A stretch of 64,000 nucleotides of DNA, taken from contig NC_068997.1 in assembly GCF_001194135.2 (NCBI RefSeq), positions 7,980,648 through 8,044,647 on the forward strand. Reading direction: 5' to 3'. The notes beneath the pieces are model-generated. The model saw only the letters and a list, made by a program, of their open reading frames with translations. It was not told where the DNA came from and did no database searches. Both the position numbers and the translations under genes were made by a program. This DNA is from Octopus bimaculoides. Its lineage: Eukaryota. Below, piece by piece: positions 60,554-64,000 of this stretch. Each line of letters starts with the position of its first letter. Within the stretch, counting starts at the first letter, position 1.

Positions 60554-62614
60554 GTTTAACGTCCGCTTTCCATGCTAGCATGGGTTGGACGACTTGACTG
60601 AGGACTGGTGAAACCGGATGGCAACACCAGGCTCCAATCTAAATTTGGCAGAGTTTCTACAGCTGGATGCCCTTCCTGACGCCAACCACTCAGAGAGTGT
60701 AGACCACTCAGAGAAAAAAATTGAAAATCAAAATTTTGGCCAGTGGAAAGCATAACAGTCTTGTTTCATCATTAGGTTAAAAGTGACTCAGACACATGTC
60801 ATGACTGGAAGAATGATATTGTAAAGAGTTGGTGTTAGAGGGAGATTAGATGAGAGAATTAGCAGCAAGTCAGGTTAAGTGATGGTGGTATTTAAGAGAA
60901 TAAATAGAAACTGCTGAGACGAGTGATAATCTGCATCACAAGTGGAATAAGTAATTTTACCAAGAGACATGGGGAGAGGTCTGATGTTTTCTGAAGTAGT
61001 AAACATTCTTAATAACGAATTAAATATGTTGTGTGTCCTGAAGTGAGTAATATCTATGGGAGAGGATCAATAATTGCTGTGTTAGATCCCAAATGAAAAG
61101 ATATTTGCAAGTCAGGGACAAACCAACAACAATGGATGAAATGTAGTAAAAAATTTCAGATGTGACATGTGGTCACATGTCTGATTAATATCCTCTTGAT
61201 AATCATAAAAATAAATACAACTTACGATTTGTTCGTTTCTTCATCATCGTCCTGCAAATATGAATGGAGGTATAACTTAAGAATATATAATAGATCTGTT
61301 TTATTATATTTTGTTGTCTACATGTTAAGATATATTTACAGTTATTAATATTACCACAGTCATATCATCAGATTTCTGGCAATGTTATATCTATTACATG
61401 TTTAAGCTTTCAATTTTTCCTGGCAATATATCCAATACAGAATAATATTCTAATAGTGTTCTGGTTACATATATTGCTTCAATCAAGTCATAAGCTAAGA
61501 AAATGGAACTTGCAACATGTATGGATAAAATAATTGGTCTCTTGATAGAAACATTTTATAACAAAAATTTGATGATTCTAATTTTAAATGTTGCAAGACA
61601 TAGTATTTTACTGGTTCCTACAACATAGTTATTTGTGAATATGATATAATTGCAGAGAGAGAGTGAAAGTGTGTGTGTGGGGGGGATGCGTGTGTGTGTG
61701 TGTGTGTTCCTGTTGCTCTGAATTATAGTTGGCTATTTTGATAAGAAAACCAATATATTCATACCAATATGTCATCAAAGAATTTTATGACGATACTATT
61801 ATGATAATAATTCTGAGATTATTAGTAATCATAAGCTATGACAGTAATAAAGTAACAAACATTACCTGGTCGTCGTTGTCATGAAAACATATCAAAAATA
61901 TAAACAATGGGCACAATGTACAGAGTAGCAACTGAAAGAAGAATAAAAATAAGAAATTGTTATTTTCATTTCAAAAAAAAAAAACTATGGAGAAATATTC
62001 AAGGATGCACTTAATATAAAAACCTGACAGTAAAGTTGGTATCAATATATAAAATAATGAAAATCAATTAAAAATAGACATTGAACAATGCAACTTGAAA
62101 TGAATATGATGTTGGCAGAATAATGTCAACTCGGGACCTGTTGCATATGTAAACTATATAATATATAAAGAAAAAAAATGCATATAAACAGTATAATACA
62201 TATAATATGTGTATACAGGTAAACAATATAATATACAGATTTAAATATTTTTAAAGGTTATGATACATGTAATCATGTAATCTGTGTATGTGTAGAATAT
62301 ATATGTGTAAAATATGATACATGTAAGTTAGATAATACATGAACAATATATGATGTGTAAATTTTATATGAGAATTTAAGTTCTCTACCATCCATATTTT
62401 GGTCTTTTTACTCATTTTTCCCATCCAAATTTTGGTCAACAAAGACTGACAAGCAGCCTGGGATACAAATTTCTTATTGTTAACATTAAATGCTATTTTC
62501 ATGCATGAAGCATCATTCCAAGATTTCCGTTGTAGCAGCAGTAAATCTAATGTCCCTTTTTCATCTGCGTAGTAACATTCAGTCAAAACTCCAATGGCAT
62601 GTTCTTCATAAAGA
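44901..62614 (-). CDS. TRPM: TRPM-family cation channel, 3' part (about 528 aa visible; N-terminal MHR region outside the window)
   Basis: Twelve exons with AG/GT ends and matching intron phases join into one frame: 62614-62389, 61931-61866, 61251-61226, 59938-59839, 58174-58046, 54509-54264, 53940-53766, 52231-52108, 50555-50365, 49380-49263, 46571-46448, 44963-44901. Family motifs: HAIGVLTECY, FYNTPVVKF, EEIHQ, WNVVD, LGPKLIMIKKM, YGELF, LLLNLLIAMFS, WSFQRYELIFEF..RPPLPPPF, LILWE. An AG|GTAATC donor at 63999/63998 fits the phase-2 entry of the first visible exon. The subfamily is not assigned. Confidence 0.95.
46448..46571 (-). CDS. TRPM: TRPM exon, coiled coil (IDQLEISKYESSQ...LNQRLQNIEEK)
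   Basis: cattgcag acceptor and gtttgt donor; 124 nt, phase 2 to 0; heptad-like end. Confidence 0.8.
48150..48470 (+). mobile_element. tRNA-derived SINE
   Basis: ggaggctcatggcctagtggttagagc...ggtttgaatctc head, with a body shared with the 13306 copy. Confidence 0.85.
48645..49125 (+). mobile_element. RTE LINE ORF2 fragment inside a TRPM intron (antisense to the gene)
   Basis: FCYLGDQVSS.GGCSE.IAARIRIAWAKFRE...RLYDAC....YGSETW...LHWYGH..MDEDSCVKKC..L.V.GTCGRGRPRKTWDEVVK. Confidence 0.92.
49263..49380 (-). CDS. TRPM: TRPM exon, rib helix (RIHETDLEKENEKNLILWEDQMVDSYIARQNKSDSKKN)
   Basis: ttccacag acceptor and gtaagt donor; 118 nt, phase 1 to 2; L..WE....D.Y pattern of TRPM C-termini. Confidence 0.9.
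49955..50150 (+). mobile_element. RTE ORF2 fragment (pre-RT)
   Basis: KS.GVGNIPAELLKHEGEVTI..CNKIW. Confidence 0.7.
50365..50555 (-). CDS. TRPM: TRPM exon, TRP box (STFQKVQEKSHLHWSFQRYELIFEFSIRPPLPPPFILL...KSAF)
   Basis: catttcag acceptor and gtaaat donor; 191 nt, phase 2 to 1. Confidence 0.93.
52108..52231 (-). CDS. TRPM: TRPM exon, pore loop and S6 (DCNVSDSKCPSELGSYVAPILMCIYILLTNILLLNLLIAMFS)
   Basis: tgtttcag acceptor and gtaaaa donor; 124 nt, phase 1 to 2. It is absent from the ORF track and was found by reading the minus strand. Confidence 0.95.
53766..53940 (-). CDS. TRPM: TRPM exon, S5 and pore helix (MQDLGYFIIILF...YFHMYGELFLEEYE)
   Basis: tctttcag acceptor and gtaaac donor; 175 nt, phase 0 to 1. 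Confidence 0.95.
54264..54509 (-). CDS. TRPM: TRPM exon, S3-S4 and S4-S5 linker (MLTKSSNSLRSKL...WNVVD...LGPKLIMIKKM)
   Basis: tttcag acceptor and gtgagt donor; 246 nt, phase 0-0. Confidence 0.95.
55343..55360 (-). CDS. TRPM: Candidate TRPM cassette micro-exon (IFKRDM)
   Basis: atttctatttattctttcag|ATTTTCAAAAGAGACATG|gtaagt; 18 nt, phase 0-0, no stop, located between two phase-0 junctions. Confidence 0.6.
55805..56385 (-). mobile_element. RTE-type 3' UTR/tail with internal subrepeats
   Basis: (ATC)n tttaacgtccgctttccatgctagc...gggtgctttttacgtgcc, with repeated acgctcaaatggtgctttttacgtgccac units. Confidence 0.88.
57151..57790 (-). mobile_element. Solo-LTR-like element in a TRPM intron
   Basis: Ends TGTAACGA...TCATTACA (TG..CA, 7 of 8 inverted); AATAAA on the minus strand near 57313; no TSD found. 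Confidence 0.5.
58046..58174 (-). CDS. TRPM: TRPM exon, S1-S2 (IFYIIFLGIYSYVLL...IFTEEIHQ)
   Basis: ttccag acceptor and gtaagt donor; 129 nt, phase 0-0. Confidence 0.93.
59839..59938 (-). CDS. TRPM: TRPM exon (SRCCCKSCGECCSMFYRCASFYNTPVVKFLSNL)
   Basis: aattcag acceptor and gtatgt donor; 100 nt, phase 2 to 0; FYNxPVVKF motif preceding S1. Confidence 0.9.
60515..60715 (-). mobile_element. RTE-type 3' tail repeat
   Basis: Same family as 55805-56385. Further copies at about 29570-29760 (-), 35775-36160 (-), 44440-44635 (+) and 50655-50835 (+). Confidence 0.88.
61226..61251 (-). CDS. TRPM: TRPM micro-exon (DDDEETNKS)
   Basis: tttgcag acceptor and gtaagt donor; 26 nt, phase 0 to 2, which is required to join the flanking exons in frame. 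Confidence 0.8.
61866..61931 (-). CDS. TRPM: TRPM exon (LLLCTLCPLFIFLICFHDNDDQ)
   Basis: tctttcag acceptor and gtaatg donor; 66 nt, phase 0-0; pre-S1 re-entrant hydrophobic segment. Confidence 0.88.
62389..62614 (-). CDS. TRPM: TRPM exon, pre-S1 (LYEEHAIGVLTECYYADEK...LLTKIWMGKMSKKTKIWM)
   Basis: ttttag acceptor and gtagag donor; 226 nt, phase 2 to 0; overlaps the ORF track entry 62251..62586; typical TRPM pre-S1 helices. Confidence 0.93.
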
Positions 62615-63364
62615 CTAAAATTAACAGAAAAATCAGTATTTATGAAAGTTCCAAATCAAATGAAAGACAAAATATTTACATATTTATAATCAACAAACTT
62701 TAACTTCAATATTGATTGGAGAAAAATTCTTGTGCATACTAAGTTGCCACTGTGATTCTCTGTTTTTATTTAGCATATAGACATTTTTAACAATGTAAGC
62801 ATCAACAAATATCCACCTATCCATACATACTTTTATATATATACTCACTCAGCATGTTCCTGTAGTTGGATCCTTTTGTCATAATCTTTACACTTTTCTT
62901 TCAATGATATGAGCAACTTATTCGCAATTAGAGCAGATGGTAACGCGCCCTAGTAAAATGACAATTGTATCAAAATACTAAATGTGAACACATTTAATCG
63001 CAATATACATAAGATAAATTAAATTACGAGACACAAGAAGATATAAAAAAATATTTTACTATTTATTCATTAATTATGACTTTTAAAGTCCCTTACTACA
63101 TGATGTTTGCTCCGTATTTGCCCAATACTGGTATTAAGAGGGACGATTTTTAGAAATAGCACTTTGTTGCATTCAGTTTCAAATTCTGCCAAAGTTTCAT
63201 ATGCCCAAAGTCATACCATACCATTGCAAATGAATAGCCTTGCGTTCATATAAAAAAACACTGACTAATTTGCTTAACCATGTTAAATACAGCTTAAAGT
63301 ATAATTCATAAGCTGTGAGAAAACATCAATATCTTTTACCTAAATTCTGACTTTTTGTAATATT

Positions 63365-63567
63365 ATTTGAAGAAAAGCAACAAAAATTCAATAGGTTATA
63401 GCAGTACGTACGTTTCGTACAAACTTCATTTATTCATGTAGTGAGAACACTACATAAAATGTACAATGAAAATGTACTCCTCAGCTGCATAATGTACATT
63501 TTATGAAGTTTGTACGAAACGTACGTACTGCTATAACCTATTGAATTTTTGTTGCTTTTCTTCAAAT
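63365..63567. repeat. Perfect 65-bp inverted repeat with a 73-nt spacer
   Basis: 63365-63429 is the exact reverse complement of 63503-63567. Confidence 0.97.
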
Positions 63568-64000
63568 TTTATTCACCAAATTTCTTGATTTTGTTTTTGG
63601 TTTTTACCCTACCAAATTCTGGTGTTTCAAACATTTTAAGTACCACATTTAATCTTTTTATTAAATCTATATTATTATTTTTGTAATATTATTTAAAAGG
63701 GGTGAATAGTTAAATAATAGAACTGCTGATAACTGAATCAATAAAGTGCCAGGACAGCAAAGGAAACAATGTTAGTACCAGAACTAGACAGACTTTGTGG
63801 TAAAAAAACATGACTGTTTCTGGATCCACTTTAACCTAAATGTAAATAAAAGTATTATTGTTGTAAGAAGTAGATGTACAGTAAATTTAATAAGTATGTT
63901 TTCATCTTGGAGTGCTGTGTTTAACTCTTTCTCTGGGACTGAAGAATTTAATGAGGTGTCAGTCCAATGTTTCAACCTCATAAAAGAGTTATGATTACCT

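Noticed and set aside
63779-63836. Acceptor ttttatttacatttag followed by VKVDPETVMFFYHKVCLVL
   Set aside because: No TRPM similarity, and the phases do not fit the 62614 exon. The donor at the window edge (63999) fits better.

Overview
This is AT-rich eukaryotic (animal) genomic DNA with many microsatellites and several N gaps. The SINE families, RTE-LINE 3' tails ending in (GAT)n and trinucleotide tracts look like an octopus/cephalopod assembly (inference from recalled repeat sequences). Two spliced minus-strand genes were reconstructed by hand from splice signals and consistent intron phases. (1) The 3' part of a TRPM-family cation channel: at least 12 exons, 62614 to 44901, running from pre-S1 through S1-S6, pore, TRP box and coiled coil, with no visible NUDT9-H or kinase domain; its 5' part lies beyond the window. 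(2) About 4.9 kb downstream, a complete 7-exon mARC/MOSC molybdoenzyme gene (40039 to 28908, 333 aa). A third, weaker candidate is a small basic protein of about 90-99 aa encoded at 8343 to 3224. The rest is transposon debris (mariner, maT, hAT and Tigger MITEs, RTE, R4/Dong-like, L1/Tx1-like, Penelope, solo-LTR-like pieces, tRNA-SINEs) plus a 3.4-kb array of a 37-bp minisatellite. Best leads: an 18-nt in-frame micro-exon beside the TRPM Ca2+ site, candidate alternative TRPM C-termini, a perfect 65-bp intronic hairpin, a Penelope hairpin carrying a tRNA-like head and a hammerhead-like core, and the unannotated small gene. No CRISPR array, rRNA or true tRNA gene was seen. All coordinates were counted manually and no database searches were run.
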